Shown here piece after piece: positions 19,467-31,387 of a stretch of 64,000 nucleotides of DNA. A model generated the notes under the pieces. That model worked only from the letters and a program-made list of their open reading frames with translations, was not told where the DNA came from and made no database searches. The translations under genes and the position numbers were made by a program. The DNA comes from Nanobdellota archaeon (GTDB lineage: Archaea > Nanobdellota > Nanobdellia > CSSed11-243R1): the NCBI GenBank assembly GCA_021162365.1, contig JAGGYW010000014.1, positions 2,518 through 66,517 on the forward strand, written 5' to 3'. How positions within the stretch are numbered: the first letter of the stretch is position 1; each line of letters opens with the position of its first letter.

Positions 19467-21374
19467 TTACTTTGAAATTGCTCTCTTTATTTTTGAGAGG
19501 ATTTTTTTCTTACCTCTTGGCCACTTCAAAGCATACTCTAAAACCTGTGCAATGTTCTCAACAGGAATTATTTTTATTCCCTTCTTGTCAACAAGCACAT
19601 CCTTTTCATTTGACTTTGGAATTAAAACAACTTTAATTCCGGCTTCCTTCGCTGCTTCTATTTTGGCATTAACTCCACCTATAGGAAGAACTTCTCCACG
19701 AATTGAAAGAGAGCCGGTCATTGCAACATCCTGTCTTACAGGAATCTTTTCGAGCGCAGAAATTACAGCTGTCGCAACAGACACAGACGCAGAATCTCCC
19801 TCTACACCTTCATATGTCTGTAAAAATTGAATATGGATGTCATAATTGCTTAATGACTTACCGGAGTACTTCTTAAATATCGCGCTAACATTCGTAATTG
19901 CTTCCTTAGCGATATCTCCAAGCTTTCCTGTTGCAAGAATTTTGCCCCTTTCTCTTTCCAGAGCAGGAACCACAGATGCCTCAATAGGCAACAAAATCCC
20001 TGAACCAAGCGCGCCACCAATTACTGCAAGCCCATTTACTCTTCCAATTTCAGCACCAGATACTTTGATTATCTGATATTCTTTCTTTTCATGAATGTAC
20101 CTTTCCGCAATCTGTTGCTCCAAAGTTTCTGAAGCACCTTTTGCTTTCCTTATGTGTTCGGGCTTAACATATTTGCTACCTTCTTCTTTTGCTATATCCC
20201 CTGCAACCCTAATTAGACCACCCAAATCTCTTAGCTTTAGAGTTAGATATCCTTTCCTTCCAGCGCGCCTTCTTGCTTCCTTAATTATTTCCAAAACTGC
20301 CTCTTTAGTGAAGTGTGGTATTTTCCCATCTTTTATTACTTCCTGTGCAACAAAACGGGCTAATTTTTCCACATTCTCGGGCATGTCTTTTATTTTATCT
20401 TTCATATACACTTCATACCCACTTCCGCGAATTCTACTTCTCAGCGCAGGATGAATATGACTAACTGTTTCAAGGTTACCAGCAGCAACAAGAATGAAAT
20501 CTGTTGGAACAGGGTCTGTTTTAACCATAGCCCCTGCACTTCTTTCGCTTCTTCCAGTTATAGGATACTTCTTCTCTTGCATAGCAGTTAGAATTTCAAC
20601 CTGCATCTCTGGCTTTAGGGTTGCAATCTCGTCTATAAATAAAACACCACCATTTGCCTTGTGGATTGCTCCTGCAATAACTCTCTCATGTGGTGGTGTC
20701 CCTAATCCACCTGTCTGGAAAGGGTCATGCAAAACATCTCCAAGAAACGCCCCCTCATGCAGGCCAGTAGCATCAACAAAGGGCGCATGAGTTAAGTTAG
20801 AATTATCGATTAATAGCTTAGGTCCAATTAACTTACGCCTTTGCATTTGCAACTTGTAAATCGCATAAAAAATCATGGCGCCCAAGAATATAACTATCAA
20901 AAACATTGTCCCTGAAATTCTATCAGCTGCCTTCAATATGTCACTTGTTTCCTTGTTAACTATCCAATCCAAAACAGTGGACGCAGTGAAAATGGCAACA
21001 AAGATAAGCACAATGAATAACCAACTATTTCTATTTGACATTTGCATTAGCGCTTTTAATCTCGTCTGCTCGATTATCTTCCTGCCCATCCCCGCAGGTA
21101 CAACTTTTATCTTTGGATTATTTTCATCCTTTGGATTTGGCAAACATAAAACATCAACGAGGCGCTCCTTTGGAAGAAGCTCTGCTAGTGCCTGTCCTAT
21201 CAAACTTTTACCAGTACCTGGCTCGCCTATTAGAAGAACATGTCTCCTCTGCCTTGCAGCCTTTTTGATAACATCCACTGCATCTTCTTGTCCTATTACC
21301 TGGTCTATTAATTTATCTGGGACTTTTATATCTGCAGTTGTCTTAAAATTCAAATACTTTGAATCGCTAACCAT
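19467..21374 (-). CDS. lonB: Archaeal membrane-bound Lon protease LonB
   Basis: GEPGTGKS, two-TM insertion, LFIDEI, EGDSAS catalytic Ser, GGVNAK. Confidence 0.95.
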   Translation of the reverse strand: MVSDSKYLNFKTTADIKVPDKLIDQVIGQEDAVDVIKKAARQRRHVLLIGEPGTGKSLIGQALAELLPKERLVDVLCLPNPKDENNPKIKVVPAGMGRKIIEQTRLKALMQMSNRNSWLFIVLIFVAIFTASTVLDWIVNKETSDILKAADRISGTMFLIVIFLGAMIFYAIYKLQMQRRKLIGPKLLIDNSNLTHAPFVDATGLHEGAFLGDVLHDPFQTGGLGTPPHERVIAGAIHKANGGVLFIDEIATLKPEMQVEILTAMQEKKYPITGRSERSAGAMVKTDPVPTDFILVAAGNLETVSHIHPALRSRIRGSGYEVYMKDKIKDMPENVEKLARFVAQEVIKDGKIPHFTKEAVLEIIKEARRRAGRKGYLTLKLRDLGGLIRVAGDIAKEEGSKYVKPEHIRKAKGASETLEQQIAERYIHEKKEYQIIKVSGAEIGRVNGLAVIGGALGSGILLPIEASVVPALERERGKILATGKLGDIAKEAITNVSAIFKKYSGKSLSNYDIHIQFLQTYEGVEGDSASVSVATAVISALEKIPVRQDVAMTGSLSIRGEVLPIGGVNAKIEAAKEAGIKVVLIPKSNEKDVLVDKKGIKIIPVENIAQVLEYALKWPRGKKKILSKIKRAISK

Positions 21375-21414
21375 CTTAGAAAATAAGAAAACAAAATGTT
21401 AAAAATATATCTTT

Positions 21415-21687
21415 TTACTCTGCTTCTTCTGTCTCTGCTTCACTAGGGATTGCTGCTTTCGAGATAATCAAAATATCTCCAACAGCTTTAACTAATTGGT
21501 GTGGAACAATTACTCCCTTTGCTCCAGAGATTGTTTTGCTTAAGTAGCTGCCTCTTGTTGCTTTTATTTTCCAACCAAAGATTTTGTTGTTTTGTATAAT
21601 TATCTCATCTATGTCTCCAAAATATTCTCCTTGGTCTGTGTAAACCTTAATACCATATGTTTTTGAAACTTCCCTTAGCTTCAACAT
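21415..21687 (-). CDS. PRC-barrel domain protein
   Basis: GIKVYTDQGEYFGDIDEI...VIVP..LVKAVGDILII. Confidence 0.85.
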   Translation of the reverse strand: MLKLREVSKTYGIKVYTDQGEYFGDIDEIIIQNNKIFGWKIKATRGSYLSKTISGAKGVIVPHQLVKAVGDILIISKAAIPSEAETEEAE

Positions 21688-21722
21688 AATCTTACCTCCT
21701 TTATATGAAAATACAAAAAACT

Positions 21723-22250
21723 CTATGCTTTTAAGTTTTCTGATTCCTCACCAACATGCTGCTTTACCTTCTCCTTCAACTCTGATTCAACAACCTGGAA
21801 ATACTCAAAGAATTTTTCTGTCAGGTCAATGAGTTGTGTGGTCCCATGCTTTTCGGTTATGATAAACCCCATCTTTTCCAACCTTTTTATGTGATCATAC
21901 GCCTTATTACCCCTTACCTTAACAACAGTGGATTGCTTAATGGGTTTATTTGCGGCAATCACTGCAAGAGTTTTAATTAAACTCTTCGGCATTTCCGGGG
22001 GAAGCAAATCCTTAACATTCGGGGTGTGCTCTGGCTTAACAGACATCTTCCAAATTTCACCTTCATTTACCACCTGCACACCTTTTGACTCATCTAAATA
22101 TTCTAATTCAAGCTCATCAAGAATTTTTCTTACTTCTCTTTTATTAATACCAGTTCTCTTAACTATTTCATCTACAGTAAGCCCATTAGTTGCAAAGAGC
22201 AACGCTTCAACTTTTGCTTTATTTTTAGCATGCTCATCCTGCTCTGACAT
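21723..22250 (-). CDS. scpB: Segregation and condensation protein B
   Basis: VEALLFA, TLAVIAANKPI, VRG..AYDHIK.L, T..F..YF; start moved to MSEQ. Confidence 0.9.
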   Translation of the reverse strand: MSEQDEHAKNKAKVEALLFATNGLTVDEIVKRTGINKREVRKILDELELEYLDESKGVQVVNEGEIWKMSVKPEHTPNVKDLLPPEMPKSLIKTLAVIAANKPIKQSTVVKVRGNKAYDHIKRLEKMGFIITEKHGTTQLIDLTEKFFEYFQVVESELKEKVKQHVGEESENLKA

Positions 22251-22899
22251 ATATCTCACCAAACTCTTCTTCTTGTTCAATTTTAACCTTACCTTTATTT
22301 GCAAGATGGATTAATGGTATAAACGTCCAAAGTATATCTTCCCTCTGTTTGCTTGGGACCAAACTTGAAAATTTAATTACATCTTTATTAAATTTTTTAA
22401 AGAAGTCGAGAATCCGTGTATAAAGCAAGGCTATTTTTTCACTCAAATCAATTTTCTTTAATTTTAGTTTAATTTTGACTTCCCTCTGCCTTTGTCTAAA
22501 CTTCCTTTTTTCGCTCACAACAATTGCTTTTCTCAAAGAAGAAATCAGCTCTTCTATTGTCACCTTCCTCTTCTTTGGTTGTGGCACATGCGGATGCAGT
22601 TCATATTCCCCTATTTCTATTTTTTCTTCTTCTTTCTCCTCCTCTACTTCTTCCTGCCTTTTAGCAAGGAGATAGTCTGCTTTCATCTTAAGTAGAATAG
22701 CTGCAGCAAGAATAAATTTCCCAGAAACTCGAATGTCCAACTTCTTCATAAGTTTTATTGCCTCCAAATATTTTCTAACTAGTAAGGAGATATCTATATC
22801 CCATGGATCCAAACCTTCTCCTGCGACAATATCTCTAATCAATCCTTCCCATGTCAAATCTTCAGATAGGATTATATTATACAACTTATCTTCTTGCAT
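22234..22899 (-). CDS. scpA: Segregation and condensation protein A (kleisin)
   Basis: LDPWDIDI, AAILLKMKA, EQEEEFGEIYV motifs. Confidence 0.9.
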   Translation of the reverse strand: MQEDKLYNIILSEDLTWEGLIRDIVAGEGLDPWDIDISLLVRKYLEAIKLMKKLDIRVSGKFILAAAILLKMKADYLLAKRQEEVEEEKEEEKIEIGEYELHPHVPQPKKRKVTIEELISSLRKAIVVSEKRKFRQRQREVKIKLKLKKIDLSEKIALLYTRILDFFKKFNKDVIKFSSLVPSKQREDILWTFIPLIHLANKGKVKIEQEEEFGEIYVRAG

Positions 22900-22951
22900 A
22901 GTATAATACAAAAGTGCCTTGCTTAAAAACTTTTAATAAAAAAAGAAAAAA

Positions 22952-25249
<2,298 letters not shown>

Positions 25250-25546
25250 CTACGACAAGTCAATTATTATGATTTTTTTCCTAACAGCAGGTCTAACACA
25301 ACGACCAACGCGTCTTAGCTGGATAATCCTCATCTTATTTAATAACTTTAGGTCTTCAAATACATTTTTAACATCTCTGTCAACTATGCTTGCCAATTCT
25401 CTTATTGACCTTGGCTGATTTTCCATGACTGCTCTAATAAGCTCCATGCGCTTCTGTGTTAATGCTTCAAACAACTTCATTTGGCGCTCTATCAAAAGTA
25501 TCTCTCCCCTGTGTTTCGCCATCATCCGCTTAAATATCTCTTCCAT
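25250..25546 (-). CDS. Winged-HTH transcriptional regulator (HVO_A0114-like)
   Basis: LTQKRMELI...PRSIRELA..VDRDVKNVFEDLKLL; abuts cdc48. Confidence 0.8.
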   Translation of the reverse strand: MEEIFKRMMAKHRGEILLIERQMKLFEALTQKRMELIRAVMENQPRSIRELASIVDRDVKNVFEDLKLLNKMRIIQLRRVGRCVRPAVRKKIIIIDLS

Positions 25547-25555
25547 ATTATCACG

Positions 25556-25617
25556 CGTTGGTGTCTAACACCCACAAACTATTGTTGGTATTTGCAGCCA
25601 ACATTTATAAAGCTTTC
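25556..25617 (-). promoter_or_regulatory. BRE/TATA promoter with two palindromic operators (YGTTGG-N9-CCMACA)
   Basis: TGTTGG-N9-CCAACA at 25583-25603 and CGTTGG-N9-CCCACA at 25556-25576, directly downstream of GAAAGC-TTTATAAA on the minus strand. Confidence 0.65.
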
Positions 25618-25663
25618 GATTTGTCCTGAAGATTTTATAAACTTAGAACAACTTGTTAAATTA

Positions 25664-26299
25664 ATGAAGTCCCAAATGAGCATAGAATTCCTTACGGGTG
25701 TCGTAATAATCCTATTCATCTATGTAATTACAATATCTGTTTTTAGTAACTACGCCCAAACAGACTTGTTAGAAAGCGAAATTGGAAAGCAAATCTGTTA
25801 TAGGGTTTCCCTTGGAATTGACTCGGGTGTTATCGGTGGAGAAAATTTTGCGCTTAACTTAACAATGCCATACGGAATAAATGGGAAGAATTATACAATT
25901 TATACAACCCCTGATAAAGCTCTTGTCACAGTTGAATGGGATGGGGGCATATTCTCTTGCACTACAACAACCCAAAATGTAAGTGAAGTAAGATTTACCC
26001 CATGTAAATTTTCTGTTAATAATATAAACAGAACAATATACTTATCCACATTGTCAACAAACAAAGATGTTTATTCGATAGGAGAAACAGTGGAAATGCG
26101 TGGTGAGGACTTCTTAACAAATGTTACCCTCAAAATCTTTGATAAGGGTAGCAACATTATCTACTCAAATACACTCCAAACAACTGACAGCACATTCACA
26201 GACACATGGCAACCAAACCAAAAGGGAGAATTTAGAATAGTCGCGACAGATAACTATTACAAAACTTTAAATGCGGAAAGGGTGATTTATGTAGTATGA
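25664..26299 (+). CDS. Class III signal peptide (pilin-like) protein
   Basis: MKSQ-MSIEF followed by a hydrophobic helix; start moved to ATG 25664. Confidence 0.75.
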   Translation: MKSQMSIEFLTGVVIILFIYVITISVFSNYAQTDLLESEIGKQICYRVSLGIDSGVIGGENFALNLTMPYGINGKNYTIYTTPDKALVTVEWDGGIFSCTTTTQNVSEVRFTPCKFSVNNINRTIYLSTLSTNKDVYSIGETVEMRGEDFLTNVTLKIFDKGSNIIYSNTLQTTDSTFTDTWQPNQKGEFRIVATDNYYKTLNAERVIYVV

Positions 26300-26505
26300 A
26301 AGGGCAAATAATTTCCATGGATTTGTTTATTGCAATAATGATTCTAATGATAATTATAGGTGGTGTTGGAGTAATGATTTACGAGTTTAAAGTCCATGAA
26401 GAGCAAGCCGCGCTTAACAGGGATATGCAACTAAAAGGAGAAGCTGCAATTAATTCTCTTATTTATTCCCCAGGAACAGAAGATTGGGAAGATAAATCTA
26501 AGTAA
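26296..26505 (+). CDS. Short class III signal peptide (pilin-like) protein, possibly truncated
   Basis: MKGQ-IISMDLFIA followed by a hydrophobic helix; ends at SPGTEDWEDKSK. Confidence 0.65.
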   Translation: MKGQIISMDLFIAIMILMIIIGGVGVMIYEFKVHEEQAALNRDMQLKGEAAINSLIYSPGTEDWEDKSK

Positions 26506-27220
26506 CTTTAAATACTGCTGCCCCAATAACTTTTGAATCGGGGATCATGGCAGAGATTACCCATCTTCCCAAGGCATTCCCAACAACATAAGACCCACTA
26601 TATGCATTTGTAACACTCACTACAGAAGTTGTAGCTATGGTGCCGTTTGGATAATAAATCGTTAAATTTACATCAGAACTTGCTGAGAAATCGTAGCTTT
26701 CATTTGCAAGATAAAAACTATAGTAAACAGTTTCGCCAGGAGAGAATGTATTATCTTGGTTTTGATAAGATGAGTCATTGTACACCTCCACAACAATACT
26801 TGAAATTGTGTGATCATTAACAAAAACGATTGCACCATACTCTGTCATTTTCACAGTTAAAGTTACTCTACCAGGATTTAATGGGATTGAACCATAAACA
26901 TTAACTTTCGTTGTTTTATACACATCATGAACACTTCCATCTCTAAACCTAAGAGTTACTTCATCCCCATATATGTATGTTCCACTCCTATCAAGGTTAC
27001 TTGGTATAGTAACATAAACTTTTGTTGTGGCACCCACACCCTGCGCATAAACAAGATTTATAGAAGAGATTAACCCCTCAACAACTTGTTGTGCATTAAC
27101 TACATTGATATCACTAAAGTAAGATGTGATGTAATCCACCCCAAAAAAGGAAGCAATCCCTATTAGTACTAAACCGAGAGCCACAATTGACATAAACTCG
27201 ATGGCACTTTGTGATTTCAT
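26498..27220 (-). CDS. Class III signal peptide (pilin-like) protein
   Basis: MKSQ-SAIEF plus hydrophobic helix; VYAQG.G motif. Confidence 0.8.
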   Translation of the reverse strand: MKSQSAIEFMSIVALGLVLIGIASFFGVDYITSYFSDINVVNAQQVVEGLISSINLVYAQGVGATTKVYVTIPSNLDRSGTYIYGDEVTLRFRDGSVHDVYKTTKVNVYGSIPLNPGRVTLTVKMTEYGAIVFVNDHTISSIVVEVYNDSSYQNQDNTFSPGETVYYSFYLANESYDFSASSDVNLTIYYPNGTIATTSVVSVTNAYSGSYVVGNALGRWVISAMIPDSKVIGAAVFKVT

Positions 27221-27552
27221 ATACTACCTCCTTTTTCCATTTCCAACTTGCTATCCTTTATCTCCAAGTAAGTACTATTGATGGAGATATCCAGCAAGAA
27301 ATTTTTCTCATAAGTACTATTAACAAAATGTATATAATCTGAAATAGTTGAATTTGTGGCATTTTTTTCAAGAAGATATGTCTTATCGTACTTTATGTCA
27401 TAAAAAGAGGATGCAATTTTATACGCGCCAAGGCGTTGATATTGACTCTCTATAACAAAAGTTTCTCTTTTTGCCTGCAAATTAGAAAAGGTAATCAGAA
27501 CTAACAAAATCAATTGAATTACCAAAATTGTTGATAAAATTCCCTTCTTCAT
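27217..27552 (-). CDS. Small pilin-like protein
   Basis: MKKG followed by a hydrophobic helix; 4-nt overlaps with neighbours. Confidence 0.65.
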   Translation of the reverse strand: MKKGILSTILVIQLILLVLITFSNLQAKRETFVIESQYQRLGAYKIASSFYDIKYDKTYLLEKNATNSTISDYIHFVNSTYEKNFLLDISINSTYLEIKDSKLEMEKGGSI

Positions 27553-28307
27553 CTTCTCGAATCCGCCTCCACAACAAGCATTCCGTACCTAAAGACATTA
27601 AAGTTATCATATCTTTCTTCTTGGAAACCCCCACCTACTTCTTCAACACTTGCAACCGCAACATACTCATCCACAACCGCATCTGAGGGCACACTAACGT
27701 TAAAAGCGACACTCGTTGACACACCAACTGGGACGATTTGACTCTTCGGGGTTATATTCCAATTAACCTGACTACCAGCACAATCCTCAACCCACAATGT
27801 GAAGTTAAACACTCCCGGAGTTGTCGGATTGCTAAAGTTCACAACAACTGAAACATTCCTGCCTGCAAGCGAAGATGGTGCAGAAACACTAACATTTCCA
27901 CTCTGAGAGCCCAAACCCTCAGTAACCGTAAGTACAAGATATCTTCTCAATACAAAATATTCATCGAAAGAATGCTCCCTCACTTCAAGCTCTTTATTAA
28001 GAGAGGTGCCATTCCATACATAAACTTCAACATTTACGGGGTAGCCAACCTCATCAGCTAAAAACTTTAAATCGTCTAGTGCTCCCGTGGTGTTGCCCAA
28101 TTGATATTTTTTGTATATCTTCGAAATTGCTTCGCTATTATCATATGCACCAAAGTAATTGTCCACATAGCTATACACATTTGCCCCAGAACTACCAAAA
28201 GTAGTAGTAGAAGAGAAAAACTGGTAGAACCCAATCGATGCTGCAATAAATATAGATAGAGCAAGTACTGCATCTAAAGTAAAAATTACTCCCTTCCTCA
28301 CTTCCAA
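27549..28307 (-). CDS. Class III signal peptide (pilin-like) protein
   Basis: RKG-VIFTLDAVLA plus hydrophobic helix. Confidence 0.75.
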   Translation of the reverse strand: MEVRKGVIFTLDAVLALSIFIAASIGFYQFFSSTTTFGSSGANVYSYVDNYFGAYDNSEAISKIYKKYQLGNTTGALDDLKFLADEVGYPVNVEVYVWNGTSLNKELEVREHSFDEYFVLRRYLVLTVTEGLGSQSGNVSVSAPSSLAGRNVSVVVNFSNPTTPGVFNFTLWVEDCAGSQVNWNITPKSQIVPVGVSTSVAFNVSVPSDAVVDEYVAVASVEEVGGGFQEERYDNFNVFRYGMLVVEADSRR

Positions 28308-29962
28308 ACACCTAGCGAGATTCTAATTACCTCGTATGATGAATTTGTCTTCAACACTGCAATCCTATCAAAAAATATTGCCTTTGAATAACCTCCTTCA
28401 TTAGGCACTGTTTGTGGGAACACACCAGGAGATGTAGAAATTGTTGGGGTAGCTAACCCACCCTTGTCCCTTGCGGAAACACCAGTACCAACTATCCCAT
28501 AAATAACGTCACTAGAGCTTCTGCCAGGAGCAATTCCATAAAATACATTCTTATTATCAACCTTGACGGGTGTACCATCTAAATATTTTACCTCTAAGTA
28601 AAAATCATAATCCCACAAACCTAAAACATTCTTGACACAATAGTAATCTGTATTTAATAACGCTGCCAACTTATCTGCATCAATTATTCCGGGAAGCCTT
28701 GCTAATCCAATCGTTGTAACATTGTTGCATGCTTCAGGTGAAGGTGGTGCAATTGGAGGCGAAACATGTATTGTGCCTAAGTCAACCTCAGAAATAGCAC
28801 CACATTTATTCTTAGCATATACCTTAACAGGTAAATATCCTTCCCTATTCGGATAGACCCTAACAAAATAATATCCATCTAAGTGAGTTCCATTCACTAA
28901 GTGCAATGACATATTTTTACTACCAACTTGAACAATGACTGATTCTATTGGCGGTGGCCCTATTACATGAGCATTTACATTAATGTATTCTCCAAAATGA
29001 ATTTCTGAAGGCGAGAAGTATGCATTAACAATTGTTGGTGGTGGGCAATGGGCTGCAGATACCTTCACAAGCAGCTCTGACTTACTATTCATAGGGAATA
29101 TGAGTGGAAGTAAAGCACTATTATCAGATGCATTTGCATAAATTACATACTCACCCTCTGAGGGGAAAATCACATTCACCACGCAAATTTGTGGTGGGGT
29201 GTATAAATCAAATGCTACAGAACAATTACATAAATTGCCTCCACAAGTAACATTTCCAGACACCGGACTAACACTAACACCCTGTGGGAATTGAATAAAG
29301 ATTGTTCCATTATACACTGTAACTCCGTGGAATCCTCCATAATGACCCGAAACTAAATTAGCAAAATTGGACACCCTAAATGTAACATTATATTCGTTAT
29401 TCGCAGTGATGTTGCCGTCTGCACCCTCTGCTGTAGAAAAGTCAGAGTTGTCTATTTTGAAATCTGTTTGTATGACGGGAGAGGGTTGAGAATATATAGT
29501 TTCCACCCTGCTTTTTGTTGAGCTATCATTAAATTCGACTGTCATCGTAGAATAAATTGTCTTCTTGAAGTTCTTTGGCACAAACGTGTAGTACCACTCT
29601 ACGTAACTTCCAGGTTCAACCCTAATTGGGGCATTCAAATTTGTTTTGACATACTTACCATCAACAACATATACATTTGGAGGGTAATCACCAACATCAT
29701 TCCCAATGAATGAACTGACAACATAATCTATATACCTCTTATACCCACCATTGCGGAATTCCCACTCGTGGGTAAGATTGCTTATGTATACTGGAGATGT
29801 ACCATTGTTATATACAACAAAGTAAACCGTCTCGTTTAACTTAAAATGTAAGGAAGGATTTGGAATACTTTGATAGATTATTACATTATCCGCTTGCAGG
29901 GAGTGTGCAATCCCAAAAACAAAAAACAACAATATGGCTCCGAGGATAGTTTTCATTCTCAT
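28298..29962 (-). CDS. Secreted beta-rich surface protein with pilin-family C-terminal domain
   Basis: Sec-type signal peptide, Asn/Val/Ser-rich Ig-like segments, Pro-rich linkers, C-terminal NVTTIGL...DKL...DY...LGL..YDFY segment. Confidence 0.65.
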   Translation of the reverse strand: MRMKTILGAILLFFVFGIAHSLQADNVIIYQSIPNPSLHFKLNETVYFVVYNNGTSPVYISNLTHEWEFRNGGYKRYIDYVVSSFIGNDVGDYPPNVYVVDGKYVKTNLNAPIRVEPGSYVEWYYTFVPKNFKKTIYSTMTVEFNDSSTKSRVETIYSQPSPVIQTDFKIDNSDFSTAEGADGNITANNEYNVTFRVSNFANLVSGHYGGFHGVTVYNGTIFIQFPQGVSVSPVSGNVTCGGNLCNCSVAFDLYTPPQICVVNVIFPSEGEYVIYANASDNSALLPLIFPMNSKSELLVKVSAAHCPPPTIVNAYFSPSEIHFGEYINVNAHVIGPPPIESVIVQVGSKNMSLHLVNGTHLDGYYFVRVYPNREGYLPVKVYAKNKCGAISEVDLGTIHVSPPIAPPSPEACNNVTTIGLARLPGIIDADKLAALLNTDYYCVKNVLGLWDYDFYLEVKYLDGTPVKVDNKNVFYGIAPGRSSSDVIYGIVGTGVSARDKGGLATPTISTSPGVFPQTVPNEGGYSKAIFFDRIAVLKTNSSYEVIRISLGVWK

Positions 29963-30036
29963 ACTCAAAACTTAGCTTCTTAGAGATTATTAATTTTTCT
30001 AAAAGTATTTTAATCATTTTATCCTTATGAAAACAT

Positions 30037-30879
30037 ATGGCTAAAAGGAAAACAACAAAAAAAGCGACAAAGAAGAAAAAGATAAAGAAAAGAGCAGTAA
30101 AAAAAGCAAAAAGCGTGAAAAAAAAGCAAAAAAAGATTTCTAAGGGCATAATTGAACACCTCACGAAGAAGCTAAAGGGGGGAATTGAAAAAAAAGAAAT
30201 TAAAACTAATCACATCTCCAAGGCAATAATTGTAGAGGATTTAATGCTAAGGAACCCCATAACAACAACATCAAACACACCACTATTAGAGGCAATAGAG
30301 CTGCTCACTAAATATAAGCTAAGAAGCATCATAGTTGTGGAAGATAAAACCCCTGTTGGGATACTCACCGAGGAGGGAGTGATTGAGTACATCTCTTCTT
30401 TCGTCAATGTAAAAGAAGAGACATTAGAAGAAAATACAAAAAAACTTGAAAGGCTACTAAAAAAGCCCGTTTCATCTGTTATGATTAAAATTGACAAGTT
30501 TGTGAAAAAAACAACGCCTGTAGAGGCAGCCGTAAAGATAATGAATTCTTACGAAATAGACCAGTTACCTGTCGTAAACAAAAACAATGAACTTGTGGGC
30601 ACAATTATGTTAGATCACATTCTTGAGTTCATAGAAAAAAGCGCGACCGAAAAAGAAATTGTGGGAAGAGAGGTATTGGAAACAGGTATAGACAAACTTT
30701 TAGATTTAGTTGAATCTCAAAAGGAAATCTCCTCAAAAGAAGCCGCTGAAATTCTAAAAATGCCTCTCTCAGAAGTTGAAAAGTTTGCGCGCATCCTAAG
30801 AGAACATGGCTTAATAGATATTGACTTCTCAACAATTGGCACGATAAAACTAATAAAAAAAGAAAGGGAAGAAGTTTAG
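30037..30879 (+). CDS. CBS-pair protein with Lys-rich N-terminus and C-terminal winged helix
   Basis: VEDLM...VGILTE and LPVV...LVGTI CBS motifs; C-terminal ISSKEAAEILK...LREHGLI. Confidence 0.8.
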   Translation: MAKRKTTKKATKKKKIKKRAVKKAKSVKKKQKKISKGIIEHLTKKLKGGIEKKEIKTNHISKAIIVEDLMLRNPITTTSNTPLLEAIELLTKYKLRSIIVVEDKTPVGILTEEGVIEYISSFVNVKEETLEENTKKLERLLKKPVSSVMIKIDKFVKKTTPVEAAVKIMNSYEIDQLPVVNKNNELVGTIMLDHILEFIEKSATEKEIVGREVLETGIDKLLDLVESQKEISSKEAAEILKMPLSEVEKFARILREHGLIDIDFSTIGTIKLIKKEREEV

Positions 30880-31346
30880 GTTGCTTCAACCGCACCAAAC
30901 AATGTTCCTGAATCACGGTGGTCTATACCTGAATCTGGGTCTGTGTAGTCAAAGTCGACAACCAATGAGTAAGAGGTTCTCGCTGTAAGTGTCACACCCC
31001 AAGTTGTATCACAGTCACCCCATGCAACATACATCTCATTTGGTGCAATATTCCCTGCTGTAGTTCCATTCGTCAGTGTACACTCTACATTTTTATAATA
31101 CACATAAATATTGTTAAGTGTCACTGTCTTTCCAAGCTGATTCTGGAATGCTATTGAAAAGTTTCCATCTTCGTTAAGGGAGAAATCTGCAACCCTGAAC
31201 TGTGCAAATCCTGTTTGTCTCTTTCCTGTCCACTGACCCGGACTAAACACTCCAAGGGCGTACAACGATGCTCCAACAATAATCACTATTAATATTGCCC
31301 AACCGTATGTTAAAAGATATTCCAACGCTGATTGTCCTTTCCTCAT
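30876..31346 (-). CDS. Type IV pilin (probable major pilin)
   Basis: MRKGQ-SALEYLLTYGWAILIVIIV class III signal; SD GGTGA. Confidence 0.85.
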   Translation of the reverse strand: MRKGQSALEYLLTYGWAILIVIIVGASLYALGVFSPGQWTGKRQTGFAQFRVADFSLNEDGNFSIAFQNQLGKTVTLNNIYVYYKNVECTLTNGTTAGNIAPNEMYVAWGDCDTTWGVTLTARTSYSLVVDFDYTDPDSGIDHRDSGTLFGAVEAT

Positions 31347-31387
31347 CAACATCACCAATTATTCTAATTTTTATTCATATATAAACA

